Below are positions 14,701 through 28,387 of a DNA stretch of 64,000 nt, piece after piece. Within the stretch, counting starts at the first letter, position 1. Each line of letters opens with the position of its first letter. The notes beneath the pieces were generated by a model that was given only the letters and a program-made list of their open reading frames with translations, was not told the DNA's origin and made no database searches. The DNA lies in NCBI GenBank assembly GCA_977030845.1, contig OZ365115.1:17484001-17548000 (forward strand), read 5' to 3'. Source of the DNA: Fimbriosthenelais zetlandica (Eukaryota). A program made the position numbers and the translations under genes.

Positions 14701-15500
14701 TTATGATATTCTATACTGGTAGAGCCAAGAGTATTCAGGTAATCATATACATCATGCTTGACTGGTTCTTCTTAATGTTATAGATAATAGGCTAGTTATT
14801 TATGTTGTCTCTTAGGTGTGGCTCAGTGGTGGGTCTAAGTGGATAAGAGACTTCTCTGGTTTCTCCTGCCAGACTTGATTGCTTCGCTCTTACATCTCTT
14901 ATGTAAAAGTGTAATAGGCATAACCTTTTTGTTCAAGATCAATTTTACACGCTGGCAAAACATTAATTGATCAGTGGGCTATTGTAAACATTCAGTTCTT
15001 TACTTTAAAACAGAGTGTATCATCCCCCCCTCACACAAGCACCCCCGGAATACTCGTATATAACATTACATAAAAATGACATTAAATGAGAAAAGCTTTG
15101 GGGGTATTGCCTTTGGAGATAAAGCATCTACTCTGGTGAATATTGCGTCTATTATGGCTTGAGGTGAATACAGATTATAGACGAGGCTTGTAAATGGATA
15201 GCCTGCCAGATTGTCCACTCCTATTCCTTGCAAAATCGGTGTCCAGGGAGCGATTTGTAAAACCCTGATGTTAGATCCACTCTGGTAATAGGTAACTTTA
15301 CATGGCCCTATCATCCGTCACATCAGACCCCCGCTAAAACACTATACTCTTATCTCAAACAAACACCCTATGATATTTATGACTTTTTCCTTAATTCACT
15401 CTTCTCACATACTTTCTAATGGCACATTGTTGTTGCAGTGTAAATATTCGTATAGATTACCTTGGAGAACTAATAGTTTTATCGCGTTAATGCATTTCAA

Positions 15501-15535
15501 ATGTTTGCTTATGGACGTTTTTCCTTTTTTTGCAG
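15501..15535 (+). CDS. MOB2: Candidate alternative first coding exon of MOB2 (MFAYGRFSFFCR)
   Basis: ATG TTT GCT TAT GGA CGT TTT TCC TTT TTT TGC AG|GTGAGT. Consensus donor in the required phase 2. No transcript evidence. Confidence 0.45.
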
Positions 15536-15864
15536 GTGAGTAAAAATTGTCTACCCCAAGGCCTTGCACCTAGCCAAACAGGATAAGTATATTGCCCATG
15601 TGGCGTGTGTAACCAAATGGATTGATGCTGATCGTTTCTGGCGCCAATTCCTTGTTTGCCTGCCCAGACTGGCTTCCAAGGTTGGGCAAAAATGTCGTTT
15701 AAAAAGCCGACCGATAACTGCAGGATCGGAACCAATACTTCAGGTTACACACTGAAGAAAGTATAGATGGATTGAAGTTTAGGGCTTATCAGTTCTGGTT
15801 GATAAGCCAGTGCAGACATTGGGGATGCGATATTGGGTTCCAAAGCACACTGATAATAGGTCGT

Positions 15865-16045
15865 GTAAAGTTTACAGGGGGTCCTGTAATTCATGGTTTA
15901 AATTAGCCCGTAAAACCCTCATGACAGACACGACAGTCCTGTAATTCGGCCTATAATCCTATGGATTTTACAGGACCCCAGTCATTGAGGGATTTTTTTA
16001 CAGGACGGTCCTGTAATCAGTGGATTTTAGACATCCACCCTGCAA
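15865..16045. repeat. Block of repeated ttacagg/cctgtaa inverted motifs, probable MITE fragment
   Basis: ttacagggggtcctgtaat, gtcctgtaat, ttacaggacc and ttacaggacggtcctgtaat within about 150 bp. Confidence 0.55.
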
Positions 16046-16713
16046 ATCTATAGGGAAAGCCTCATCCTTCCATAGCTTAGATTGGTGATGCTTTCTATAT
16101 CAAGGTATACTATTGGGATTCAATACCAGTAGTTGCTTAAAATACATGGTATCAAAATATAGTTTAGTTTCTAGGACTGGAGAAATTGTAACAGATTTGT
16201 CTTGAAAATCGGTTATATTAGCCCACTTTTCTGCTCTGTTGGTGCATAAATCTATGCTGTTAATAGCAAAGCTAATGGAGCAGCCAAAGTAAATGTTACT
16301 TCTTTGCCCTCTCATATACTCGGTAGAAGAGGCCGTTACCCGCCTTAGTGTGCACAGGAGGGTTTTAATGGAAGGCTCTGGTTGCCATACAAGCGTATGT
16401 CACTGTTGCTCGCCATGAACATGACAGCAATCATAAACATATGACGTATTTATATCCAGAAGCTATACTGTCTTCATAAGCTTTTATGTATGTATAATGT
16501 ATAATGAGTGTGTCCCTGAGAAATATTATACCAAGCTTCAGGGAGGTCTCCTCACAGGACACTGCCTGGGGGCATCAATATTCATAAAGTTAATGACATG
16601 TATTTAGCCCTAGCTTTCCGGCTGACCTAGCTAAGCCTTCCAGTGTGGCTCTTTTCTACGGGCTTCATATCACTTCCCACATTTCCCCATTACCCGATAC
16701 CATTGCCCTCTTA

Positions 16714-16917
16714 AGCCTGGAACACACTAAATCAGATTCTCCAATCCGTCGCCATCAGAACCCCCATTTCTATTGGGATCCAATGATTGAAATTTCGTCA
16801 GTGGTTAGCCTTACCTAGATGTAAAGGTCTGTTCAAAATACAAGCATTTTGGGTGAATAGTTTCGAAGAGCTATCGGATGGAGCCGGTTAGAGAATCGGA
16901 TTAGTGTGCTCCAGGCT
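16714..16917. mobile_element. PIF/Harbinger-type MITE, 204 bp
   Basis: TIRs agcctggaacacactaaatcagattctc / gagaatcggattagtgtgctccaggct, flanked by TTA on both sides (16711-13 and 16918-20). Confidence 0.8.
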
Positions 16918-19569
16918 TTATAGAAGCGTGTGTGGCCCGTGCACTATGGTACGGGAGGATGACTGATTTAGGTAGTGAAATATAGGCAGAGAGTTGAGAT
17001 CAAAGCACATGAACAAATCATGTGGGAAAAGGCCTGTGCCTCAGGCTGCAGATTGTACCAGTCTGCTCCACTCAAGGAGTAGCTCTCGAGCAGCTCTCTG
17101 CCGTGCCTCAGTGAGGCAGGCGTCTATTGTGTATTGATGGCTCCTATATGGACTGGCCTGCACTCCACGTGCTGGCAAAGAAGGCCTTGCTGAAATTGAG
17201 CATGTTATAAGTAGTATATAGTAGATGGGCTTTTTCCAAGGCTTTCTTTCAAAGCTGTCTTGTGGAGCCTTTCAAAAAGCTCTAAATATGTCTAGAATAT
17301 AATACGCTCATCAAAGTGATCTGCCAAAGGAAGAATTGATCTGCCAACTGTTTTCTGTGATGGGTATAAAAGTGGTCTACTACCAGATCTGCTGCAAGTT
17401 TGCATGCATATAGTTGTGCTTGTGCCAAGTGGTCCACAACTGCAGCGATATCTGCTAAAAGCCCCGACCTCTCGCAATGCTTTCATCGCCTGTCATTCCT
17501 TTTGTGTAGAGAATGACATTATATTGGTTTGATTCTTGAGAATACTCATACAAACGCTGGTCGATTAGTGTTAGGTTCTCTTCAGCTGCCATCAAAACAA
17601 GCCAGCAATGATAGATTATGGCGGACTTTTTCATGCCAAGCTTCACGGTATGAAAGTTGTCTCTTATAGAGACTGGAGAAGAAAAAGAAAGAAATGCTGC
17701 TTCAATTAGCGTCAATTCATGACTGCCTTTTCTTTACACGGACCTGGATTAATAATATCACATTGCACATTTTCTGGAATCCTAACGTTCAAAGTAAATT
17801 GATTAATTGAAACCTGAGGCTGAAATGACCCAAGCGGCCTCACTGGTGATAATCGAGTTTTGTCCTAACTTAAAGTTTAAACAATCCATCACGTTGGATG
17901 CTGCAGCTTTTAATGATGTTTTTCCTCGATGGTGAGCTGCCTTTTGAAGGATTATGCTGACTTGGATGAAAAGTGGAGCCCTTGTTAAATGGCGGGTGTT
18001 TTGTGGGGTTCTCCCGAGACACATGGGTATATCAGAAAGTAAAGGATTTATTCTAGTAAATTCCACCATTATTATGGAGCTTTATACCGAGGGGCAGTCA
18101 GGCTGAGGGCTGTATAGTGCAAAGGTTAGTTGATGTAAGGGCAGGGCTTTAGAATTGGTAGGCATTGGAGGGCTTGTGAGTCAGGCCCAATACATTGGTA
18201 GGCAGGCATGAGTAGGTCATATATGATCAGCCTAACATAAAGCTTCTTTTTTAACTGCCCAGATCCGCCAGATCATCAATCTCTGGACGAATAGGAAGGC
18301 AGCAGCATGGCCTTAGAGATGAGGCTCAATGTATAGACAGGCCAGTGCTCCACCATAAGCCAGCATTGAAAGGAATTGAATAACATCTCTGGATGCTCCA
18401 AAGAGCTTACTTTTGAATTGGATTCAAGATTGTCAAAGGCCGAGGAGTGCTTGCACTTAGGTGCAGGTTCTCGCTTTTGAATATGAAGGTTGTTTTTGAA
18501 TTATCAAGAGCCTTAGGGATCATCATATCAATGCTTTGATATTTACCTGTTTTTGCAGTTGATCTATTTTAAGGTACTGCAGAATAAATGTCCCTTTTGT
18601 TCATGTTCTTTGAATAAGAAATCGCACATGACAATCAGTAATCGAAAAACATAACCCAACACGGTAATTAATTCACTTGATAAAACTGTACAATCGACAA
18701 CTATCAATTCCCTAGATAGCATTTGTTGGCAAGATTAAACATTCATGTTCTCTGGTGAAAAAACAGAAATGTTGGTCTCTCCCCTTTCGCCTGTAAAGAC
18801 AGCTGCCTAGCCTATCTACATGCCAGCAGTATTGAAGCCATGGCATGCAAACGTACAATCAATCACAGAAGCCAGTGAAGCAGTGTAATCATAAAAACAG
18901 GGAAAGACCATCAAAGGCAGCTGGATGTCGTATTCCTCACCCGACTCCGACATGCTGATAACAGTCAAGCTTTGCACCACAAAACTAAAAGTATTCCCAA
19001 GATCACCCTTACCAACGGTTGTCAATGAGCCCTGAAACGTGAATAATTTTAAAAATCGTATGGATATCCCCGAAGTTGGACATAACAAATGTGTTGATCG
19101 GTTTTTGATCGGGTATGAATGATGGCTGGGTACACGCCTTTGTGTCCTTAGATCAGAACCAAGGGTTGTGAATGGGATCGAAGTTTCACTTCTCAAATGC
19201 ATGATTGGCTATACTGATCGATTGGAAACTACCTAATATTACAGGAATGTATAATTATGTCATTTATACATTGGATGGATTTGTAAACAAAAATTAAAAC
19301 TAAAAAAAATAGACAAGAGAAATTGCCTAGATCTGAGGGCATTCGCTGACGGTTCAGGCCACATGTGCCTCTTTCTCGTAAGCGGTCCATTTGTCTGCAT
19401 GTTGTAGACGGACAATGTAGTGTAGTAGACACCAGTGAATATCTAAGGTATGAGATGTTCTTTTGTCATGCTTTGATTGTGACAGTGTCCGAGCATCCTT
19501 CATCTATGCCCTAAGGCATTATTTGACATACTCTAAGCGGCCACAACTTACTGCTGGTGAGTTAAGCGG

Positions 19570-19660
19570 CCCAGCTGCCAGATGCTATGGTAGCAATTCG
19601 ACCTTTGACCCCTGACCCTTGCTGTGTACTTGTCGCAGCTGCACAGGTGACCAGATGTGT
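19570..19660. promoter_or_regulatory. E-box cluster with nuclear-receptor direct repeat (candidate enhancer)
   Basis: CAGCTG 19572, CAGATG 19579, CAGCTG 19636, CAGGTG 19644, CAGATG 19652, and cgacctttgacccctgaccc at about 19599-19618. Confidence 0.35.
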
Positions 19661-20749
19661 ACAGTGGAAATATGGTACTGTAAACAATGGTGGCCGACAC
19701 CTTGTCAGACTAGTCCCTGTCAGGTAGGTCCATAGACTATAGAGTCTATCACAGATGATTCATTGACTTTCTAACTGAGTAAAAAATGATGCATACTAGT
19801 TTTTATTTTGAAGACAGTCGCAGAAATGTTTCATGAAAAGATTTTTGATATGGCATGACATTATTTGACATTACATATTATACATGAACTCATTGAGAAA
19901 GTATCCATCTGCTACAGAAGAAATGTGATATTTCTGTAAAGATACAGTCATGCTATTTCCCCCATCAAACACGCTCAGAGTACACCAGCAGATTGGGAAC
20001 TGTTAGTAGCAAATCTCCTGTGAACAATTCACTGACACGTACCTGCTCCAGGAATCCCCAAACCCTCAGATATAGAGTGGCAATACGTACATGACTGAAT
20101 GAATAAAATATATGTGTCAATATGGGCAAAAAATGACAGCAATACAAACTTATAAAGTTGCTCTTTTCTGTCGACTGATACTTTAAAGAAAATAAGTAGA
20201 CTAAAATAATTGTGAGAAAAATAACAACCACTGGTGTAGAAAACTTCTGATAAGAGGGCAGCAATGATGGAGAAGGCATAGAAGAACCCACTGTGCCTTT
20301 CCGGAATATCAGCTTTCATTCCAAGAAACGAGTCTCCATATTATATACAGAGCTATATTGACCGCTGTCACAACAAATAGAGACTGACTATAAGCCGAGC
20401 AGCTCATGTATAGGTTTGCTGGTGACAGAAACTCCCCCGTCTCACCACCTTCTTTCTATAGACCCATACATATATATCTATCTATCTACTTCTGTCCACT
20501 GCTGTATCTGTCATACTCACTACTGGACTCGCTATACCTTCATGACATTGTGCAGTCTCTCTCTCTAAACACCATTGCTGGTTCATACCCCTTGGGACTG
20601 CAGTCTGCGGTAGGTCTGCTGAAGTGTAGCCATGTCCATCTAATGTGCCGAAAAATTACATATATTTCTACTGGTACAAAGTAGCAAGTAATCGTCCTTT
20701 GCTTGAAAAGAAAACCCCAATCAATTTACTCTTGCACAAGTTGCATCGT

Positions 20750-20954
20750 CAGGGTATAATTTACCCGGTATCGCATCGCATTTTGCGATGTAATTTGATG
20801 TATTTGCGATACAAAATCGAATTGGGATCGAAATTTTTTCGATATGTCTTACAAAATTACTTAACAAATTACAAAATCGCTTGATTGGATTCCGATCGCT
20901 ATGCAAAATCAACATGCATTGCTTTGCAAATTTTTCAACCCATGTTATACCCTG
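20750..20954. mobile_element. MITE family A, best copy (TIR cagggtataa)
   Basis: cagggtataat...ttataccctg, with internal repeated atcgca/tgcgat motifs. Homologous to the copies at 4389 and 31700. No target-site duplication (TSD) recognised. Confidence 0.75.
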
Positions 20955-22228
20955 GTGTAATTATGTTGATTTAAAATATTTCATGGCATAGACCTACATA
21001 TATATATATATTGTAGTGACCTGGACTTTGGCATTTATTATTGTTTATTAAAACATAATCCCAATATGTAGTGAGTACAATGATACAAATCATATCATTG
21101 TTATGTCGCAGTTAATAGCAATACAAACTCAGTCAATGATTAATGTAACAGATTACTGTTTGTTGAGGACCATGTTTAAGCTTGATTGGCATTAATGGGA
21201 ATGCCCAGCCAAGTCTGACTGTTCCATGTCAGTCACCAATGGCACCTGCCAATAAGGGGATTTTTAAGCAGAGCTTAGGCAAGCATAGAGCTGTACTCAA
21301 TGCACTAGGGATCTTATGTACATATATAAGAAAAGCACCGGAGCCAGCACCTTCTCCCGGTGATTACGATCTATCGACCCAGGCTTTTCTGTTCTTATAT
21401 GAATGTATACTTAAACTTGATACCGGATCTGCATAAGGCCACTCTCATCAGATCGACCCGAGGGATGGAAGTGTGTGTGTCAAGTACACGACAGGGTGCA
21501 TGTACATTAGGCACACAGTCTCTTAATTTGGACTGTAAATATCCCAGTGTTTTAACTGGTGAAATATATTTAATTTATGTCAGGAAATTTAATTTAAATT
21601 GCAAAATTTGGTATACCATCAGAATCCTGCTACCTCAACTGAAATCGCTTATTCTGATCCAATGAACATATATCTATTCGTTAGCTTGGTGGATGGAAAG
21701 TACAATCTCACTACAAACTTTCCTGCACTCTGTCGGACAGCCAGAACTTCATTTCTCGCCGTCTCCTGAGATCTGTGATACCGACAGGCAGAAAAGACAG
21801 GGTCTCCCCCAAGTGAATTCCAAAGCTGTGGGCTCTAAGACATTGGGATCCTCTGGAGACCAGCTCTAACATATTTGGCCGCCATCAGGGAAGTCCAAGC
21901 TAACTAGGACTAATTATGGATGGACATCCATAGAGAAGAGCATACCCACTTGGGCTTACTAGGTGTTGGCCTTAGAGACGTATAGAGTTTAATGCTTGAG
22001 GGCACCAATGATTTCACTGCTTCTATCATGATGGCTTTCACCTCTTAGGGGATCTAGACTGAATCAAGAAGTTAGAGACCCCCAGGGACAACTCTTCGGA
22101 TCTGAGGGACGGTCCATTTCGTTTAGATCACCATCAAAACCTTTTGCAAACAGAAAGATTGGGAAAAAACTTGTTGCATCGAATCAGAAACAATCAGTTT
22201 GAAAGACTCAACCATTTGTTTCCTAATC

Positions 22229-22242
22229 ATGGGGAAATCAAA
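22229..22242 (+). CDS. MOB2: Candidate alternative first coding exon of MOB2 (MGKSK)
   Basis: ATG GGG AAA TCA AA|GTAAGT, phase 2, giving MGKSK-KTRKKDKD. Resembles the MGKSK of vertebrate MOB2 as I recall it. Short enough to arise by chance. Confidence 0.4.
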
Positions 22243-24444
22243 GTAAGTAGACAAAAGTGCTTTAGGGGGATTAATAATGTTCATCAAATCAAATTCTCGT
22301 TTGTTTCTTCTGTAGATTTGATTTGATTTTATAATGTAAGGTTAGACTATACCGCTGTTCATATTCAGGCATTATTGACTCGGTTTGGCTATGCTTCAAT
22401 TCATGTTGGGAGCTAGTGATCGACCTGTTGTCAAGCTTCCAAAAGTTGGCCCTTTTTTCTGACAGGTTATAGATAGAGCTGGCATAGATCTAACTCTATT
22501 TTAGCTATCTTTATTGAAATGTTCCCAACTGTGGAATATATATATATCAATCTGGTACATTATACACTTATTATTAAAGCACTATTAAAGATGGCGATTT
22601 TTATTTAAGAATCTTACAGGAAAGACCATCAAAGCCAAGTTGGTAAAAGCGCAGTTCTAAATGCATTAGACATATGAGGAATAGTTAAATTCCCTCTGGT
22701 TACAACTTGTTAAAGTCAAGATGAAAGAGTTTGTGAATTATTCAGACTTAGAAGAGCCGTAGAGGTGAGTGCTCCCCTCTAGTTCATACCACCGGTGAAG
22801 CCCTCTTGTGTCTGGCCAGTCTGCTGCCAAATTGTCAGAATGGCAGAATGGCCAGACCACTAGCTGGCGTTTGGCTCGGGTAAATCAAAAATCAAATAAT
22901 GCTTCCACAGCGCGAGCCAAATTAGAAAGGGGGAGTATATGACTGCGGTACACCGCTAGATTAGGACCTGTTACAGTAAATATACCAGAATTGTGATGTA
23001 CTCCAGCAGTTGATGAAATTTCTGACAATGTATAGATCAGCTTTGTTTTTGACCTTGGGAGGACGTGGTGAAGGTAAACAATCTAGTTCCTCCTCCACGG
23101 TCCTCCTCCCGCAGCATGACTCACATATGGCCTGAGCAGACCAGATGATAATATTATGCTCTCCTGATGACTGCATGGTAGCGTTCGTGTACAACCTCAA
23201 AAATATGACCTACCCTTAGATACATTACATTATATGACTTATATTTATTTATTAATTATTAATAAATAAGTTATAATACACATTACCTACAACTTTAATC
23301 TTGGGCAAGATCTGAAAGTTGAACATATTTCAACAGTTTATTACCTCTGGGTTTGCCAGGATATTTCCCAAATAATAGGGACTTCTTCCTCATCATTTTT
23401 AAATTCATTTTAACCTACATGTGGATCCATGAATAGGATCCAAGAGGAGGAGCGCCGAACAAAACCATTGTAATATTTATCAGGGCAGGTGTGACATCAG
23501 TTGGCTTTACTGAGTCAGCCTAGGAAATCACGACTGTAGAATGAGCAGCATGTCGTCACTGACAACAGGTGGTCATCTATACTGTAGACGACGGTAACAC
23601 TTAGTCGGCATGTGTCCCTCCCCTACAGACACACTCCACTACTGACAATCACTATAGTAGAGCCTCATTGGTATGGAAATCAATCCACAAATCACAATCT
23701 ATACTGACCTGTGAATAGGATATTCATTATTTCTCATTTAGGTCTATTCTTCACTCGGATTTTGTGCTTAGGATTTTGCATATATTTACTCTGCAATATG
23801 TCCTATAATGTGGCTGATTTGATGTGTGAATTGCACACACGTGGAATATATATTAATCTGGCAATCTTGACTAGAGACACCACTGTTTAGGATAAGCATG
23901 CACTGGAGTGAAGTATAAATACTTGCCATGAGATCTATCGCATGATCCCACTGGAGTATATGTTCTATGCTTTAGATAGTTTGGGATCGCCATGCTACTC
24001 GTTTGTATGGTAAAGACTTCTCCTCAGTTGAATGACTCATGACCAGCTATAGCCCTAAGTGAACATATATCACTGTAACATTAATGACTTTCTCCTCTAC
24101 CTCAGCCTCCATGATTGCACTGTGAAAGCATTGATCCCATGCTTCGATTGGTCCGTGGATAATGCAATTGCTCCCACCAAATACTGGCGCCAGCATCAAA
24201 GAGGGGTATTCCCCTGTCTTGGGACAGTTCCGAACACTCATCTTGTTTGTGATGGTTCTATATCTGCTCAGTGGGAGATCTCGCTATAATCGCCCCCCTC
24301 TCATCTCCTCATATCCCTCATTGGATCATCAGCCCTCAAATCAATATCCTTGAATGGGAACCATTGTGGAGCCATGCTGTGCACATGCGAAAATCATTTG
24401 ATGTGTATGCATACATGTATTCCTTGACTATATTCTGCACCATT

Positions 24445-24672
24445 TGTGTGCATTAGTCAGAGACTTGTCTTTCTCGCAGACTTGTCTTTGTCTTTCTGCA
24501 TCACAGCATAGTGAGTCTGTGCTGATGTGATAGTAGCACCCGGTCAGTGGCGTAAGTGTGTGTAGAATATTGCCGCCTTAAGCAGGGAATCAATCCTTAT
24601 CAAAGTCTAAGGTCCGAGGCTGGCCGAGTCTTCCTTCTTACTTTTACATCGCCTCTTGAATAAAGTCTTTAC
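24445..24672 (+). mobile_element. Possible solo LTR
   Basis: TG-starting block with an internal gacttgtcttt duplication, ending ...cttgAATAAAgtctttACA. No TSD or primer-binding site confirmed. Confidence 0.3.
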
Positions 24673-25922
24673 AGATTGGATTAGGGACAATGTACCTACA
24701 GCCTTATGATGAGATTACTGAGATAAGAAGACAAGCCTGGGGGTATGAAGGAGGAGAATTAGACCCTGTTGATAAGATGGAAATAAAGAACAGCCCCGAT
24801 GATTTCTGCGGAGATTGGGTCTGTTAGTGCGACCTTGCACTCTTGATTTCTCTGTAGGTCATTGATCGCTCTCTGATTCCAACATCAAGTCAATCCCACC
24901 CTTCTCATCCCTTGGTATTTCCACTGACAAATCGCGGCTTTTTCTTTATTCTTTCAATCACTGATAGGTTGAAGCTTGTTACCTAGGGATTCGTCTCTTG
25001 TACTGATGCTCCAAACCCTCCAACCCAGTTCCTTGTTCCTCCAACAATTTGATGTGATTTGCCCCTCAAGAGATTGACGTTTGGCTTAATTTGCTTCACA
25101 AAGCTTGGAAACGCTTGGCATTCATTGGCAAGCTAATGGGGGTGGGTGTCAAGCTGCCTGGAGGGAAATAATATAAATAGAGGCTTGAGTTCCAGGAATT
25201 GGAAGAGAATTAAGCTTCTACTCTGACATGGTGACAGACTTTGCCGAATGGAATGCAATTTTGTGACTTGATTAAATGGCTTCGTGTGACATCAAGGCGG
25301 TGTCAGGGAGAAATGGACCAAGCCCAAAACTTGAGATTAGACACAGGTCTTAATGTCATTGATCTCAGATATGAGAAAGACTTCAAACCTGTCTTAATAG
25401 ATCATCCAAACATGACATGCTCTTGTCACAGGCAATACGTCTCCTCACTAGACCAAAGAACAATGTTCAATTATATATTGGACTAATAACTTAGAACGTC
25501 AAAAGAGACATGTTCATTGGAAACTAGTGTCATTTTCTTATGGTCTCTAGGAACATTTAATCGTACCTAAGAGGATTTAAAATCATTAAGACTCCATACA
25601 GTATTTTCTCGCTCGTCTTTGTCTATAGGTTCAGTGAAGTGACTCTAGTAGTATTAAGCATGTCTTTATGCTGTTCCTGGTTGTCCAGTCTGTCTGGAGG
25701 ATGGACAGAGCTGAGCTCGCCTAAGGTAGGCGAGTCAGCTGCCAGGTCTGACCATTATAATCCCTCCTGGACCTACACAACTACCGGGGTCACCTACATG
25801 TGGGCAAAGTGTTCACCTTTACTAGGATGTGGCATCAAAGCTTTAAAAAAATTCAGGTGGTGCAAAACATTCTGCCCATTAGTCCTTTAAATATAATTGG
25901 CCTGTGTCATATTTAATTTTCT

Positions 25923-26175
25923 GAATTAATATTTAAATATGGAACTCTATCGATATTATTCGTAATCGTCTCTAAGTAGGATGAAAAATGCTGATTATAA
26001 CTTGTGAATTAATATTTAAATATGGAACTCTATCGATATTATTCGTACTCGTCTCTTAAGTAGGATGAAAAATTCTGATTATAACTTATGAATTAATATT
26101 TAAATATGGAACTCTTTCGATATTATTCGTACTCGTCTGTAAGTTGGTTTAAAAAAAAATGCTGATTATAACTTG
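25923..26175. repeat. Tandem repeat, 83-84 bp x3
   Basis: gaattaatatttaaatatggaactctatcgatattattcgta... starts at 25923, 26006 and 26090. Ends about 60 bp before the MOB2 acceptor. Confidence 0.95.
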
Positions 26176-26233
26176 CCATTTCATGGCTCGCTCGCTATGC
26201 CTTCCCCTACTTATATCCTATGTTTTATTGCAG

Positions 26234-26397
26234 GAAGACACGTAAGAAAGACAAGGACTGCGGAAGCCCCTGCCAGGAGGAATATAGGCCTTACTTGGAA
26301 GAAGAATCGACACATGAAAAGATAACAGATATAGACCTAGACTGTCTTTGTAGGTTACCGCCCGGTCATGACAAGAACGAGTGGTTAGCAACTCACA
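26234..26397 (+). CDS. MOB2: MOB kinase activator 2, first shared coding exon (needs a phase-2 upstream exon)
   Basis: ttttattgcag|G AAG ACA ... ACT CAC A|gtaagt. Translates KTRKKDKDCGSPCQEEYRPYLEEESTHEKITDIDLDCLCRLPPGHDKNEWLATH, matching the MOB2 N-terminal YLE...ITD...LP..ID.NEWLA pattern. 164 nt, phase 2 to phase 1. Confidence 0.95.
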
Positions 26398-28387
26398 GTA
26401 AGTAACTCTTCATGTCTCGTTATGCTAGATTTTTGGCTGATTTTAACATTAAATATTATGGTTTATCACCTAAAATACCTTTAAATTCTTAAATCTTCAT
26501 GAAAGTTTAACCATACTGGAGTTTTTTTTTTGTGCAGCAGAGGGTATTTTTGCAGAATTGAAAGTTGTGAAATGCTGATAGCCGCATAATCAATCACATC
26601 GATTGGTGGTGTGGGTGAATATTTATGGGAATTCTATTCTGATAGGGAGAGATAGGGAGGAGGAATTTGTTAAAGGCTTAAAAAGTTTGCTTAATACGAA
26701 GCACCTCTCCTGGGAGAAGCGAAGGGTACAAGATGGCCGTGAATCTAAGGAATACAAGAATCCTCACATATTGATCTTCTCCTCCTATAAGGCTTGTTTC
26801 AGCCCAGCTATTTTCTTCGATTATAATTCCTTTTATGGATTTTAAGTGCGATCTCAAGTATTTCTTTATGGCTCCCTTCTGATACTTGAATACAGAGGTG
26901 GAGTCGAGTCCAGGTTCCATTCACCAATACATGTCCTCTGGCTTTGAGATAATTTTAACATGGGAAGGTTGACTCCCTGGTGAAACAGAGCAGTGAGTGA
27001 GGGGCCCAGGAGGCGGTAAACATCGTCGTCTGGTTGAGATAGATCTATATGATGGTTAAACTGAGGAAGGGTGCATGGGGGCGGCCAGCAGGGTGGCCTG
27101 TATATGTGTGTGCCTCAACACGGAGTTAAACCATTCAAACTTCAATATTCTGATAAGCCTGCTTTGTTTTCTGACATTGGGAAACGTTCAGATCCATCAA
27201 GATGTTAATCTGATAGAACATATATATTTGTATTTTCGCTTAAACCTCACATATGAAATTATGTTCCTTTTAAAACAAAAAATATAAAATATTTATTTTA
27301 AATAATGAGATAATTATTAATGGAAAAAGGTGGAATTATGCAGGGATTTTCCCATGCTGAAAAATATTTGCACTAAAAACTAAATGTTACTTTTTTAGGC
27401 TGAAAGTTTTCATCATTGGCAAGGTTTGAGTTCCCTCCTACTGATAGATATTTTTGTTGGAAGTCAGTAGTCTGTTTTAAACAAAGGTATTGATTTATGC
27501 TCGCCACATTTCAGACGGAGTATCTAATCTGTTTTGTTGGTCTCATACGGCAGGTCTTGAAGTATTCATTGCAACTCATCTGATACACTGGCTTAAAATT
27601 CTACTCAGGCAAAGCACTATTCAGTACCTTGGGAAAATGGGATCAAATAAATGCAGAATAGGCTAATCGAATCTCCCAGAGCCCATGTTGCTTCAAGCTA
27701 AGCCAACAGGGTCTCCATGGTGAATAATTCCGAGGAAAATGCCTTCTCCTGCCAAGTAATTTCAAAACATTGTTCAAAGAATGTATGGATACAAACAATA
27801 ATTGTCTTTATTTCTCACCAGAATGGGTGTGTCAAAATACAGGGTTTATTCAGTGAATTACTTGGTATTCATCGAACAGAGAGACTGCTGGATTCTTCTC
27901 ACTATTGTATGCATAGGCTTGATTGAAAGTAAACGTATACATATATGTTTGAATTGAGACACATCAATGTATATATATCAGTGCAAATTTAGGCGTTATT
28001 TACACTTTCTGTTGACCTTCCGACAGTCTTGAATGAATATTAGGGAAGAGAAATTTTGCAATTTGTGTGGACACATATGGACACAAATTTTAAGTATAGT
28101 CATGTGAATTACCAGTTACAATGATTTGCACAAATCATGCTTTTTCCCTTGTGGCTTCCGTTTCGTCCACTTGGGGTGCAACAAACTGGGAAATATGTTG
28201 TTAAATTTGATTGTCAAAGCCAAGGACCTCCTAGCAGCTGGTCCATTATGTTAAGCTACCTCGGAGTGACCACTGGTCAGTACTTGAGCCACTTACCACT
28301 CACTGTCCAACCTGATTAGCTAGTATAGGTCTGGCACTGTGAATAAGGCCCATATGTATGGTTTTGATTGATGCCCATGCACTCTAA

